Assembly: GCA_965203295.1 (NCBI GenBank)
Contig: CBDBCZ010000005.1
Location: forward strand, 1-64,000
DNA from: Nitrospirales bacterium
Lineage (GTDB): Bacteria > Nitrospirota > Nitrospiria > Nitrospirales > UBA8639
Reading direction: 5' to 3'
DNA: 64,000 nt
The translations under genes were made by a program, and so were the position numbers. Below the pieces are notes generated by a model. That model saw nothing but the letters and a program-made list of their open reading frames with translations, was not told where the DNA came from and ran no database searches. Numbering within the stretch: the stretch's first letter is position 1; every line of letters begins with the position of its first letter. Shown piece by piece: positions 16,326 to 29,756 of the stretch.

Positions 16326-16832
16326 ATCGCCGAGACTACTAAAAGGCTGCGAACTTGAAAACAGCTGGGGGATACGAACTTCAGCACAACTTGTGGATAC
16401 GGAGAAGTAAAAAATAACGCGACATCAAAGGCTTATATAATCGATGCGCAATATTAACCTCACTATGAATATTGAACCCGCTCAGCTAGTCATGCACGTG
16501 CACTAAAACCTCGGTTGACAGTGGTCCCGGGAATGCCATGGAATAACAAGAGTGCACGGCGGGACTTTCTTTTTTGCAGATTATGTAACTGACCTACCAT
16601 TTTTTTTCGTTGTAGATCTATAGGCAATACAACGCTACAGGTACAGCGCTAGCTACTTGAGCTTGAACCGTAATACGCACGTGATGATGCGGAAACCAGA
16701 TCGATCGGAATCAGTCTTGACCACGCCCCCTGGACGGACAACTTCAAAAGTGCTTGCTGACCGGCCGATTATTAAATAGACGAAGCGGAGTGACAAGGAT
16801 ACTTTGTGCTGTTTGTTTGCGCCACATACTAC

Positions 16833-17530
16833 GATGACTAGCACTGGCAGTGGTTCTAGCTCCGTTGCTGCTACTGAGACTGTAGACACTGGAGGGGCAA
16901 CTGTACAAAGTGGTGAGGCGATGACGATTGTCAATGAAAAAGCTAGCCCAGGAAGTAACGTTTGGAAGCTAGTTCCAGCTCCCAAGCCACCGCAGGAAGT
17001 CTTAAAACTTACCCTGAAGCGCTCGTACTGGGAAACTTTTGTGTCGACTGTGAGAGGGCTGCCGCGTCAACTGGCCGTGATGAAAATCAAAGCCGAAAAA
17101 ATGCGAATTCTTTCGGAAGCATATATACAAACGGGGATCACTATCGAAAGACGATGCGGATTTTCTGAATGCGGCTATGCGACATGACGTCGATGCTGTT
17201 TTCGACCAATTCGAGAAGGAGCTTAAGAAACTTCTCAAGATCGAGCCTGGAGAATTGCCGCAATCTGCTATGGTCAAAATCGAACTGGCTCAACAAATCA
17301 CCGTGTGGCTTGATAACCTGGTTCAATGATACATACAAATATCCTTTCACATATTAAAGAGAACGGTCCCGAATGGTGCATCGCCCCGAGCAAATGAATT
17401 TTTCCAAGAGATGTATGCACAGTTTAAACATCCTGCTGCTGAAGAGGCTGCAACCAAACCTGGTCCTAGTAAAAGTTTGTCTGAGGTGTTCGATCCTAGT
17501 GACGATCCAAATGAAGCGATGGATACTTGA
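16833..17530 (+). pseudogene. Intronless paralog of the 15897-16325 gene, frameshifted
   Basis: MTSTGSG...GITIE, then after a shift DADFLNAAMRHDVDAVFDQFEKELKKLLKIEPGELPQSAMVKIELAQQITVWLDNLVQ*, then ILSHIKENGPEWC and ANEFFQEMYAQF...EAMDT*. Confidence 0.6.
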
Positions 17531-17754
17531 TAATTTAAAACTCAATTAATATTAGAACTTTATATATAGCTATACTGCATGCTATGTGTTTTTGTAATGC
17601 TCAATTGTCCTTTAAGCTATTATAGGTGTTTCGTTTGTATCATGCATGTGGATGTGGTTATAGTTGCTGTCTACATGTACTATGGCTGTAGTCGAAACTG
17701 CAGCATTTGTTAAATTATATTATATATATATATATATATAATTTAATTGCTTTT

Positions 17755-19480
17755 TGTTAAAAAGGGGTGTTAACCAAACAACTTTAGGGGCGCTATAGTC
17801 GCCGTGAACACCAAGCTCCCCATGGGTTCTATGTTACACCTTAAATGGTGATACGTTACACCCTAAACGACACCTTAAATGGTGGTTTACCACCCTCATG
17901 CAGTGTTAAACATACACCCCCAGAGTTCAAGTGTATTTCTGCACTCCCATAATATTAAAACACTCACAAGTAGCCATTGTGACTCAATAAAAATTTAATT
18001 GGTGACAACAAAATTGTACAATACAGCATAATATCAATGTTCAGGTTATTGAAATACAAAAAACACTAGTAGTTCGTGACTTCATGCATTCTTTACTTGC
18101 GCTTGTAAGATTGAAGTTCCTTCTGCATCACCCACACAGTTGGGGGAGAGAGACCACAGCTCTTCCTTTTCAGTTCTTCCATCATGGTATAGTTCTGCAA
18201 ACAGCTTTCTTTGCTGACCTGTATGGAACAAATGTTTTATAGTACTTTGCTTTGTAATTACATGTATACTGTACATAAATAAGTGTTATAGCTAGTTCAG
18301 TTTATAGAAGGTCACACCCCCTAATAGGTATAGAAGTGAACTCAAAACCAGTTCACTATACCTACCTCCATCCCAATAAACAGGAGAAGTAGTTCAACCC
18401 TCCCCTGAATGCTGTTGTATTGATGGTTGTGGGTGAGAGTTGCTGAACAGTAAATAACTCCTTTTCGTTACGATTTCGTTAGCTTATAGAAGGTCACACC
18501 CCCCTGATAGGTGGAAGTGAACTCAAAACCAGTTCACTATTCAAATATTGGGATAGGGTTGAAAACATAAGTGAAGGGGGTTTCCTTGTGAACCTAGTGG
18601 TCTAAAGGGCCTAGATTGTTTTCCTTGAATAACAAGGACAAATGGATGAAACTAGTATTTGCTCGCTCGTCAACATGAGTTCTTCAGGGGAAATAATGAT
18701 CAGTGCTATTTACTGACTATTGGTCCTAGTTAGAATCACACTGGTATGGTTTGCCATGAGTAAGACTTATGTTGGTATTCCAATGCTTGAAAGCCACACC
18801 TAATAACACCTTCAATCCCCAAAATACACCTGCATGTCTCTTAACTATTGGGCTGGGGTTGAAAACATAAGTGAAGGAGTCTTCTGGTGAACCTAGTGGT
18901 CTAAAGGGCCTAGATTGTTTCCCTTGAATAATAAGGACAAATGGATGAAACTAGTATTTGTTCACTCGTCAACATGAGTTCTTCAGGGGAAATAATGATC
19001 AGTGCTATTTTCTGACTATTGGATCTAGTTGTAATCATACTGGTATGGTTTGCCTTGAATATCTCACATTTCAGTTCCACAAGACCAGAGTTGTGACTAT
19101 GATTAATTATTTCAGTGTGCAAGACTTAGGTCAGTATTATGTTAGTGCTATTTCCTTCACAGTTACAATCATACTGGTATGGTATACCTAAAGTATTATT
19201 CCGTTAGGCATGATGACATGCATCTAATGAGAATTTTAACAAATGGCATATTGTCAGCATATCTTGCCTCAGGTACTGCTTTAGTATACAAATGGGACCA
19301 AGATTCATTCAAAGTCCCTTTTGCCTAGAGTGTTCCCTAAATAGCACTCTAAGGGTGTTGACGGTTAATTAATCAGGTGTCTCTGCAACACCCTGGGGTG
19401 ACTAACCAACACCTTTTGTCGTTAGGGTGTTTTATTATACCGCTTAAAGGGTGTTCTGCAACACCCCATTTTTAACAGTG
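17755..19480. mobile_element. Non-autonomous TIR element with CAC..GTG-type end (EnSpm/Transib-like)
   Basis: tgttaaaaaggggtgtt at left versus aacaccccatttttaacagtg at right; subterminal acacc/ggtgt repeats; internal direct duplication ~18555-18755 / ~18855-19055. Confidence 0.55.
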
Positions 19481-19529
19481 TAGATGCATGGCCACATGTG
19501 TGGACTTACAGAATAGTCACCTGATATAA

Positions 19530-20082
19530 TGGAGTATGGTAGTATTTTCTATATATAGGGATGGCACGGGAAAAAATGGCGGCCCCATATAACGTGTACA
19601 AAATCATACATTCAGAACTCGGCTCTGATTATAGTCATAGGCTTTTATGAGCCATACCATGACATCTCTCAAAACACTCACAAAACTTCTGAAGACTCAA
19701 CCACGCATAACCAAACACTACCGAAGTCCCTATACAAATACCATATATATGACTCCATCCTCAATGACTCACTAGTCTAACATGTACACAATCAACACTT
19801 TCAGCTATATACCTTCCACAGCGTTACCACCAACATACTCACTCATTCACATTACATGCACACACCAAATTACACTACCACTATTCACATCTCACGTATA
19901 CACAACTGTGGTGGGTGTCGTTGGAAAGGTGCAGGAATGGTAGCATGCGGTAAAATCATTGCACTGTGATGTGTGGGTAGTTGCTTGTTTCATTGGTTCT
20001 TGTTTCATTGGTTTTTGGGGAAGTGTTTTATGGGGGAAGTGCATCTCTACATGACTAGTTTTTGCACTTTTTGGCAAAGTGC
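19530..20082 (+). repeat. Interspersed element of unclear class, deleted copy
   Basis: tagggatggcacgggaaaaaatggcggcc...tttttgcactttttggcaaagtgct. Longer copy at ~61278-63170; fragments at ~9080-9210 and ~9545-9750. Confidence 0.7.
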
Positions 20083-20313
20083 TTTTTAGATTTATAGCTT
20101 GGCCTGACCTGGAGCTTAGCTGAGCCTCGAGTGTTTCACTTGAAAACTGCCACTAGTATTGGGACAAGTAGTGGATTCCTGTGGCTTAGGAAAATATGTA
20201 AGGATTTGGATGGCAAACTTGATAGTTTGACCATATTTTGTGGTTTTGGAGAGACCGTCATCTTACTATGGAATTAGCGTACTATAATTGTGAGTTCATT
20301 AGGTTGTATCATA

Positions 20314-20636
<323 letters not shown>

Positions 20637-20641
20637 CCCAG

Positions 20642-20789
20642 TGGAGTCATGCCGTAGCGATCTACCAAAGCCAGTGCAGGTGGTAATTGATGAAACACTG
20701 CCATTGTTGACTGGCGGCAGAGACCTGAGTGATCTTAACAGATACTTCCTGGCAAAGAATCAGGACTCACTAGAGCATCTGATCCCATG
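20642..20789 (+). pseudogene. NAA15: Orphan exon of the NatA auxiliary subunit (NAA15/NAA16) C-terminal region
   Basis: cag|...|gtgag exon encoding DLPKPVQVVIDETLPLLTGGRDLSDLNRYFLAKNQDSLEHL, similar to recalled NAA15 [41 protein letters not shown]. No neighbouring exons found. Confidence 0.6.
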
Positions 20790-21774
20790 GTGAGAGAAAA
20801 GTGGGATGCTTCAGATGTATGCAAGTGTAGTGTGTGTATCAATTGGGAAGTGCACATTGGCCAGAATTTTTCATGCATGTTAATACGCTAAGAAACCTTT
20901 TTCTGTCACTTTCTGTTCACTTATTAGTGAACATTGTTGGATTGCCCTGATTTTCACCTACATGAATTGCAACCAGAGGAGGTAGGACACATTCATTAAC
21001 ATGCACAGTTGCGTACCCTTTACAGCATTCTACACTGTATTCCAGCATGCAGTTAGCTCCGTGAGAAGCTATCAAGTATGGATTGAAGCTAGGTAGACAT
21101 CAACAAAGAGGAGGCAAATGCGTAAATGACCAACCATTCAGCAATTTGAGTGATACTGTGCAATTCTGTGGTGCAGTATGTGTGACATATATCACTGCTA
21201 AAAATAAATGGCTATTATGACAATGGTTTGGTTGCTGGAGTTGCAGACCCATTTTTTTCAACTAGGACAATCACCTGCCTTGACCTTTTTCTTACTGCAG
21301 TTCCCAAAACAGACCATAAACAGCGTGACTATCTGCCCACCTTTAGCAGTGCATGCACTGACTCAAAACACAGCTAGGTAAACATATACTTAAAAACACA
21401 TGGAAACATAATTGTGGTCATGTACTTTGATTCTGAAGGAAGCAATGTGAATGTAGCTACACATTTGAACTTAACAGAAATTGCAAAAACAATGTGAGTG
21501 TCAGTGCAATAAATTGCCCTACTTGGTAAAATCTGCATGTCTGTTCCCTAAATGATGGTTGTAATGGACCTAGAAGGGCAGCATCTTTCCATTAGCAGAT
21601 AGAATCCAGCATGCAGTCTCGCCGGATCACCTGCAAAGTACGGCACTGTGAAAATTACGCTTGTGCAAAGTTTAGGGTAGAGTTAGGGCCAGGGTTAGGC
21701 AACATATTTTCATGAGCCCTAATTTTTCGCAGTGCCATTCTTTTCAGGTGATCCGTCTCGCCTTGCCGATGGTA

Positions 21775-23285
21775 TGGAGTGGAAACAAGGTTAATATTCA
21801 GCACTTTACATTTTGGGGCACTTTTATGAATTTCACACACCACTTTCCACTTTTTAGTCAACCCTTGTGGTTTTCAAGTTGGTACTTCATATTATTTGGC
21901 ACTTTCCTGAATTCCACACAGAACTTTGCATTACCGACTTGGTACTTCCAGGAATTTCATTGACATCATTGGGCACAACTGATTTTTTATTCAGCCAAAG
22001 ACTGAGCTACAGCAATATCTACTGATGACTGTAGTATTTAAAACCAGTATATTTCTTTGTCAGTTGAGTATAAAAATACTCATGAAAACACAATGAAAAC
22101 AATGACAATGCAACAAGTACATGTATCCTGAAGTAGAAACAGAAAGGGGTGATCTTACTGATCTAGCTACACAGAGCCAAAACCCTTGCTGTTTAAAATA
22201 GAAAACTTATCTACTCTTTAAGGTAGACTAAGAAGGACCCTCAACTTCGAATCCGCGTAATTTTCCTCATGAATAATTAAAGAGGCGGCGTCACTCACGT
22301 GGTGCTAATTAAATTCATTGATCTGTTTACATTTTCCCATGGCAGCAACCGGAATTAACAGTGTCACTTTGATGTGGATTACGGCTCTTTCATATGTGAT
22401 ATCAGCACTTTGATGTGGTTGAGCGGTACTCTGATGTTGGCTTTCATCACTTTTTTTTAAAAGAAAGTATGAAAACATACAGTGGTGAGTAGGCTATTTA
22501 GGGCAGAATAGTTGGCTAGTGTGTTGTGGAAAGTTTGTTAGGCTGTCTGAGTGGCTAGAAGTCAGCCAGACAGACGGATGGTGACAGGCTGTTGCCCAAC
22601 TCAGGTAGGCTAGAATAGTGACCTTTTGGGTCTGTATCCCCCGCCCACTTTCATATTATACGGCATCTAGCTAGCTGTGCGAAAATCTGTGGAGATTTAG
22701 AGGGAGAGCTTTGGTGGATGGTTCTCAGTAACCGAGGGGTGAGTGGAAAATCCCATCCCTAAATTTTTTGTGAGTGGGTTGAAGTTTGTAAGGCAGGGCT
22801 CAAATTTGTACGTACTTTGGGATACTAAATGTACATGTATGTGTCCAGCTAAGAGAGCACTGTATGGTGACAATGACCTAGCCCTCGTATTTTTCCTCTC
22901 CCCACCTAGCTGTTTCCCAAACCTAATGATACACTTCCTACTGACTAGCTATTAAATGTAAAAGTATTCATGGTAGCTTAATGTACTAATGCCTGTGATA
23001 TCTCTGTTTGTGGAAGAAAAAATACTCTTGTGAATATTGTGAAGTGTTGACTCCAATTCCTAAAAAGTGCCCATTGATGTGCAGTACTTAATGAAATTCC
23101 TGGAAGTACCCATTATTAGGAAGTACCAAGTCAATAATGCAAAGTTCTGTGTGGAATTCAGAAATAATATTAAGTACCAACTTGAAAACCACCAAGTGTT
23201 GACTAAAAAGTGGAAAGCGGTGTGTGAAATTCATAAAAGTGCCCCAAAATGTAAAGTGCTGAATATTGACCCTGTTTCCACTCCA
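21775..23285. mobile_element. Non-autonomous Tc1/mariner-like element with ~200-bp TIRs
   Basis: ta|tggagtggaaac ... gtttccactcca|ta; 21775-21976 is the reverse complement of ~23066-23285. Confidence 0.8.
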
Positions 23286-23757
23286 TACACTAACATTGTA
23301 GTTTCCCACGCAGCAAAGACTATTAGGTTTTCATATTGCTGTGCCTGTATGGTCAAGTTGGAATATGAGGTGCATGACCCTTGAATTGCAACTAATTAAA
23401 TTAAAACGTTTTTGCAGTGATATGAAGGGATCTGTATCGCTGAGTGTACATGTTGTGAGGGTTCATAGGCCACTCTGATATGCACTGTACTCCATGCATA
23501 CGTACATGCAGATTTCATAGTTTAGGCAGAGAGTGATGCAACACTGGATAGAGTATATTCACAATGGAAAGATGCATGTACTTATGATTCTCAACATTAA
23601 TTCAAGCAGAATTTTTTTTACAGCCGTTCACATTAAATTTATGTACAGATCACCATGCATGCACACATACACACACACACAGTCAGCCTTACACCAGTCA
23701 ACATGCTAAGTGCAACTCACTCAAATAATTATGGATACTGTATAAACAGAATGATTG

Positions 23758-25343
23758 TCACTTTTGTGTATCTACATCATGCAGTATTCTACTCAGCAGG
23801 AGTCTTTCTGCAGATGCCTCAGGACACAAGTGAATTGCCTTTGCTCTGAGGTCCTCGACTCGAGTGTGCACAGCAGTTACCGTCTTAGATGCCACTTCCA
23901 TTGTTACCTTCAAATCTCTTATGTAGCTACTCTTACCAGTCACCTGCTGTACGCTTGAAAAATACTTGGCTAGCTCCCATGGGCTGCTAGATCGTGAACT
24001 ATTGCAACCAACTGTATCAAATACAAGTAGAAATACACTGTCATGTTGTCCGTAAGATCATAAGCATCACCAGCAGTTGTAGCTGAATTTATAGAGTTTC
24101 CTGACAGTTTCTCTTCGTGCTTTGCGATGTTTAGAACTAGATCCACCATCTTCATGATATCTTGACCTAGGATTTGTGTGAATTTATTATGATGTTTAAC
24201 AATAGCCTCTCGGTGGGCGGCTGCCACAGTGATGATGTCTTCACAATAGTTCGTCAGGTCTAGTCTGGAGGAAGCTGCCGTTTGGATGATGGTGCGCATC
24301 CAGTTCAACATGTGAGTGCTGTACCAACACATATACATGCCTGAATCGATGATGAAGATGTCCTGCTTTGCCGCCTCCTCAGCTTCTTCAACACTCCTTC
24401 CGCAAGGTAGCCCTTCACACAGATCAGCTATGGATTTGCAGGCTGACTGAGCATGGATTCCAATTGGACAGTCTCTCTGTTTCTTGTGATTCAATGCATC
24501 CGCTCTTCCATCACAATTCCATTCTGTATATATCCGTAAGGGCTTCAATGAAGTTGTCAAACGCCATGTTGCAAGTTATGGCGGAAGGTTTGATATTTTC
24601 CAGCTGAATATTTTCTGTGTTGATAATAGTACATAAATGCATGGAAAACGCATCAGTAAAAGAGAATATGCTTTCCAGTGTTTTCCACAATAGTTCTCCT
24701 AAGGCACCACTGACCTCAAATACTGACAGACTGGGCCAATGATACATAGTGGCTTCCATGTCCATCTTTGTGGACTGCGAAAGAGTGTAGCGGTAATAAG
24801 CCTTAACAAACCATCCTATTTCAGTATGTAGAAAGGTGGGGTCACGCAGCTTTGCTACTGCTGTTCTGTGTCGTGTGCATATCGCCTCCTTGGCATTGAA
24901 GATCAGCAACAAGGTTTGGTGAGGTAAACTAAGTTTATTTGGTAATCGTTGGACTCGGCACTTGCGGTGCATGAGCTGTACTGCCATGTCCTCTTTCCCG
25001 CTGGCAAGGAGGCGTGCCAACAGATGGGTAGACAGGGTACGTGGGGTGAGGGGGGATTGGCAGATGCGTTCCATGAGTGCTGTTGCAACATCTTCTCTTC
25101 CCACAATGGTCAAGCGATCTAGCACATAGTCATAGCTGATAGGACTGAGGAGACCCTTCTTTTCTAGCTGCAGAAAGTATTCATGACCACTCTGCACATC
25201 TTCTGAGCACTCGGGAGATATGTAAACCAGGTTCTGAGCATCTTTCTCATCGAGACGTTGATGAACCTTCAGCAGGTTGCACCGAAACAGGTATACTTTT
25301 TACGACTGCTTGTTTCACCACTACTGTAACAGTACTCTTCCAT
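23758..25343 (-). pseudogene. Intronless N-terminal DED (death effector domain) protein, three frameshifts (~529 aa if repaired)
   Basis: YLFRCNLLKVHQRLDEKDAQNLVYI...SGHEYFLQLEKKGLLSPISYDYVLDRLTIVGREDV fits the DED pattern (RxDL-like motif). Long ORFs 24511-25197, 23970-24560 and 23758-23943 abut in different frames. TATAAA at 25382-25387. Confidence 0.75.
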
Positions 25344-26212
25344 CTCTAAGCTGACTTTGCTAATCACTAGTACAGTACACCTTTATACAGTTATATTATA
25401 GCCAACACTGCGCATTGCCAAAATTAAGTGATTTCTACATGCCACGATAAGTTTTCCCGACTAGTCTCGCAGGCCACCATGCAAGAGTACTGTATACACA
25501 AGAGTATACCTGAAAGTGAATGCCCTTACGGAGGTTAACCTAGATGTACATCAATCCAAATGACGTTGTTGAGTATGCACGCATTATGATGTAAAGGGAG
25601 TAAAACCGCATGTAAAAGTAGACACTAAATGGTACATGAAAACATGTTTATCTCCAATACAGTTGATGAGATCAGCAGTAGGAAGTACAATTAAGGGAAA
25701 GTACACTGGCTATCAGACACCATACAAAGTAGATGAGTTGCAGGGAGGCATGCCAACAAAGGGGTAGCCAGTGTTACAGTTTGCTATATATACGTATTGT
25801 ACCTCTCCAGGAGATGGAAGAAACCAACTGGGAATTCAAAAAGGCTACAAAAGCAGGGTATGTCTATGAGCAAACTGCACCAGAAGTCACATATCACCAC
25901 AAATGAGCAATTCACAGTGTACATGGCTAGGCTAATTTGTTCGTCGGCGAAACTAGTGCTGCGAGCTAGGTCAGGAGTGGGTGAGAGCTGGATCATGGAT
26001 GGGGGTTGTTGTGAACTTATTTTAATTATATTCATGCTGTCGATGTTACGTCATGCATTTTTTTGATGATGTAAGAGAGAGAAAAGAGCACATTTTTGCT
26101 TGTTGAACATTGTGGTGAGGAGAATTGAATCCGAACGAATGATGCGCGCGGGGCAGATTTAGTGAGGGTTAGTCAGCGAAGTAAGAGAAGATAACAGTAT
26201 GTGTGCAGATAG

Positions 26213-26261
26213 TAGTCTCGCGAGCCAGACTGTAACAGTTACAGTCTGGCTCGCGAGACTA
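26213..26261. repeat. Perfect 49-bp palindrome with TAG..CTA ends (Academ-like mini element)
   Basis: tagtctcgcgagccagactgtaac a gttacagtctggctcgcgagacta; related TAG..CTA foldbacks at 27535-27602 and ~60502-61189. Confidence 0.75.
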
Positions 26262-26912
26262 GATATATAGATGGAGAGATAATTTTAATTTGAGTGTCCC
26301 ATCAGCCAAAAGGCTGGTCCAAACTACTTGTCAGTAAGCTTAAGCATTGAGGCCTAATAGATTACACAACACTTACGAGTAATTCGTTGATACTCAGGCG
26401 GCCATGCTGCTCGCTTGTGCTCGCTTGCTACGCCAGACTAGCCGCTCGCATGCATACAGTCGAACTCTCTTGGTGCACGTACGCACGCACGGCTTGCCAT
26501 ACGCACGTGCATTATATGCATGCGCGTGGCCGACGCCTAAATCCTGCCTTTTTTTGTCATCGCGGCTAAAAATGGTTTCTCTCAGTGCGCATGGATTCCA
26601 GCCGACGCTGACTATATCTTCCATCCTTGGCTCTGTAAGGTAAGATATTTCTATACACCTGTTAAGCTTACCAGTAAGCTCCGTGCTATCTCGTAATATC
26701 CTTCATGCAGTGTAAGAGGTAGATCTATATGATTATTCACAGCTAGTACCTGGGTTGATAGTATGCAGGCGGGGAAATGATTGGTTTACTGAAACAATGG
26801 GCTATTCTAGTGAATGAGTACCAGGATCAAATCGGAGAATGGCACCTCAGGGGTGTGGCAGCGCTAGCGTAAGTCATGTGACCTAACCCTAAGCCTTCCG
26901 ACTTGACATGAT

Positions 26913-27308
26913 GCCACTTCAACTTGATTTGTTGTTTCACTGGCCCGACCGACCCAAAATTTCCTAAATGCAATACGAATATAAATGACATCATTTAACA
27001 TTATGCGCATGCTCGAGGAAGTCGTGGTCCTTCGATGTGCAGCAATGGCGTCTAGCTGGAGTCTCAGTAAAAAGAGGAGCTGGATGTTGCAAAGTAATGT
27101 AATGTGTGTGGTCCTCTAACCTTGTGAAGCTCTGGATCCAAACCTTTCTGCGATAGCGCTGGAGGCGGGTCTATTTAAGCCCTTTATTCTGCTTGTGAGC
27201 CTTATGCAAACAGAAAGTTAAGTAAGTGTTAATTGCTTTTGTTATTTTAAGCCTACTGTACTTGAACGAGGGATAGATCCGTGAAACAACAAATCAGGTT
27301 GAAGTGGC
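26913..27308. mobile_element. MITE with 28-bp TIRs
   Basis: gccacttcaacttgatttgttgtttcac versus gtgaaacaacaaatcaggttgaagtggc. Confidence 0.75.
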
Positions 27309-28755
27309 CTGAATGCCAAGATCTATTTTCAGCGATTGCATATATTATGTCACGGTTATGTTGTCAATATGCACTTTCATGTGGCGAAACACTTTGGTGT
27401 TCAATGGCAGCTGAAGGTTCTAGGGGTTTTCGGGGGTGCTTCTAATTGAGAGAATTTTGACGTTGCTAATATTGATCAATTGCTGTCATTTACTTATGCA
27501 GTACCATACATATGCGCATAGATATAGTTGTGGTTAGTCTATCGAGGTAGACTCTCCTCTGTGCTTAGCTAAGCTTAGAGGAGGGTCTAGCTCGATAGAC
27601 TAAGTTACGGTATAAAGCCTTTGAAAATGAAGCATCTACTACTCTGCTTAGGTTGGCAAAATATTTGATGTGCTGAAACACTTTCTATTGCACCCCCAAG
27701 AATACTTCCCAAGGCTAAACGGCATTTTACTTTGAGTGAGAACAAAATAATGGTTTCATATTCGAAAGGGTGTCTTTATTGGAGGGGTGCCGTAATAAGA
27801 GCTAGAGGACACGGTAGTTGATTCTACTAATAGCCTGAAGGTACAAATGTACATTGATAACATACATGATACTTCGCTAAGTATCTTAGCACCTAAAGAG
27901 TAAGAGAGGGTTTGTGGGCATTTATTGCAAAATCTTCAAGATGATAAACTTTCTGCGAGAGTTAAGAAAACTGGTACCAGGACCTTCTAAATGCTAGTCA
28001 GAGCCCCTTGGCAGAGGAGCAGTAGGCAAGCTCTGTATAGCCACTAAACCTGCTAGTAGCACTTTTCAGTAGGACCCAGCCAATTCCAACTGTAACTATC
28101 TTCTCTCAATAGGCCTATCATGTAACTGACTTCATAACGGAGGGAGGGTCATAGGACAAAGCTAGTTAAATATGCTCTTTGTGGCAAACGAGTTAATTGA
28201 GAACACCAGTCTCTCCTTGAGGGGGAGGAGTCTCGTGCCCAGACCATCACTCCCATGATGTGTGCAGGGTATTGAACGGTTTAATTGAAGTTAATGAAAA
28301 AGTTCAGGCTTCAAAACTGTATACAAGTTACTACTGAAAGGATTTTTTTGTACTTAAATCTTGTCTGAAAACTAGCTACAGTACTGTACAGAATGGCAAC
28401 ATGAACAAGGTACAGTAACTTGCCTTTCAAAGCTCATACTGTGACTTGTTCTTTTCATAAGCCTGGCTTTCAACGACATTACGGTAATTTAACCTTCCAA
28501 GCTGCGTAAAGAACAGTATCGATAGCCAGCTGATTCATTGACAAATGGCTGCCTGACTCTGCCCAAAATAGCTAACATTGCTTTTTTCACCGACCTTACG
28601 TAATAGCATTTTTTGCGTAATAATACTGCAATGTCATTGGATCCACCTGGAATGCAAGTGGGTGAAGCAACCTTTGGACTTGGGTCACCAGGCCATTTCA
28701 ATAAGGGGGCGGAGTGACGGTCTAAGTATGAGACTAGGCAGGGAGGGTGTAGAGG

Positions 28756-28890
28756 TCATGATATGAGAGTGGAAGTCTGGGTATGAGAGTGGAGGTCTGG
28801 GTATGAGAGTGGAGGTCTGGGTATGAGAGTGGAGGTCTGGGTATGAGAGTGGAGGTCTGGGTATGAGAGTGGAGGTCTGGGTATGAGACT
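28756..28890. repeat. 20-bp minisatellite (gagagtggaggtctgggtat)
   Basis: Tandem copies; a second array at ~55016-55172 lies in the duplicated segment ~27975-29290 / ~54165-55633. Confidence 0.9.
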
Positions 28891-29756
28891 ACTGCATTTT
28901 CCCATGCAGCAGAGCTGGCTATCCAGTGAGCCGTGCAGCCACTATTGCTGCAGCAGCCGTGAGGCACTCCAGTAGTGCGGTGGCAGAGACCAAGCACAGC
29001 GGATCTCAGATTGGAGCAGCCCCTAATAATGTGAGTCTGCAAGAGATGTGCATCTGAGATGTATGGCTTGTAGAGTAAAACCCACTGCACTAATTGGTGG
29101 GTGAGTGATTAATTATGCTCTTCTGAAAGGAGGCGGTCACTTCTTGAATCAAACCTATTAAGTGGATTGGTTTGATGCTATCAATGGGGTGTTACTACTA
29201 GCTCTTACATCTGGCCACAGTGCAATTCTGCTGAATTGACAAACACACAACTCTAGGTAAAAGTTGCAGTTTTCTTACGCCATACAAGTAGGCCTCTACA
29301 TCTGGGATCTATGTTTGGTCCTAATCATGGCTTCATTAAGGCAGTAATTGAGTATTATAACAATTTCTTTCAAGAAATACGTGACGGTCCTTTATGAATG
29401 GTAATTAACTAAATTATTCTGCACTGTTTCTCCTTCGATGAATACTTCCATGAAATCATAGAAACACTTATTTATGTTCTGTGTACCACCAAAAGCACTT
29501 GTAGATACAGGATACATGTCTATTACAAAAAAATGAAGCAGGTCTGTGCATGAGTAATCCTAGACATAAAATGGCGTGAAACGGCAAGCGTCTACTCGAG
29601 AGTTTTCGTAATCACTGCTGACGCTATTCAGTTTCTTTGAAAGTACTATGCTACGAGTGTTATACCCAAGCCCCAGACTCCACCATAAGCTAGATATTGG
29701 TCTCATACCCAGTCGTTCATGCCACAGCCTATTGTGATTGTATTCATGTTCCATAA

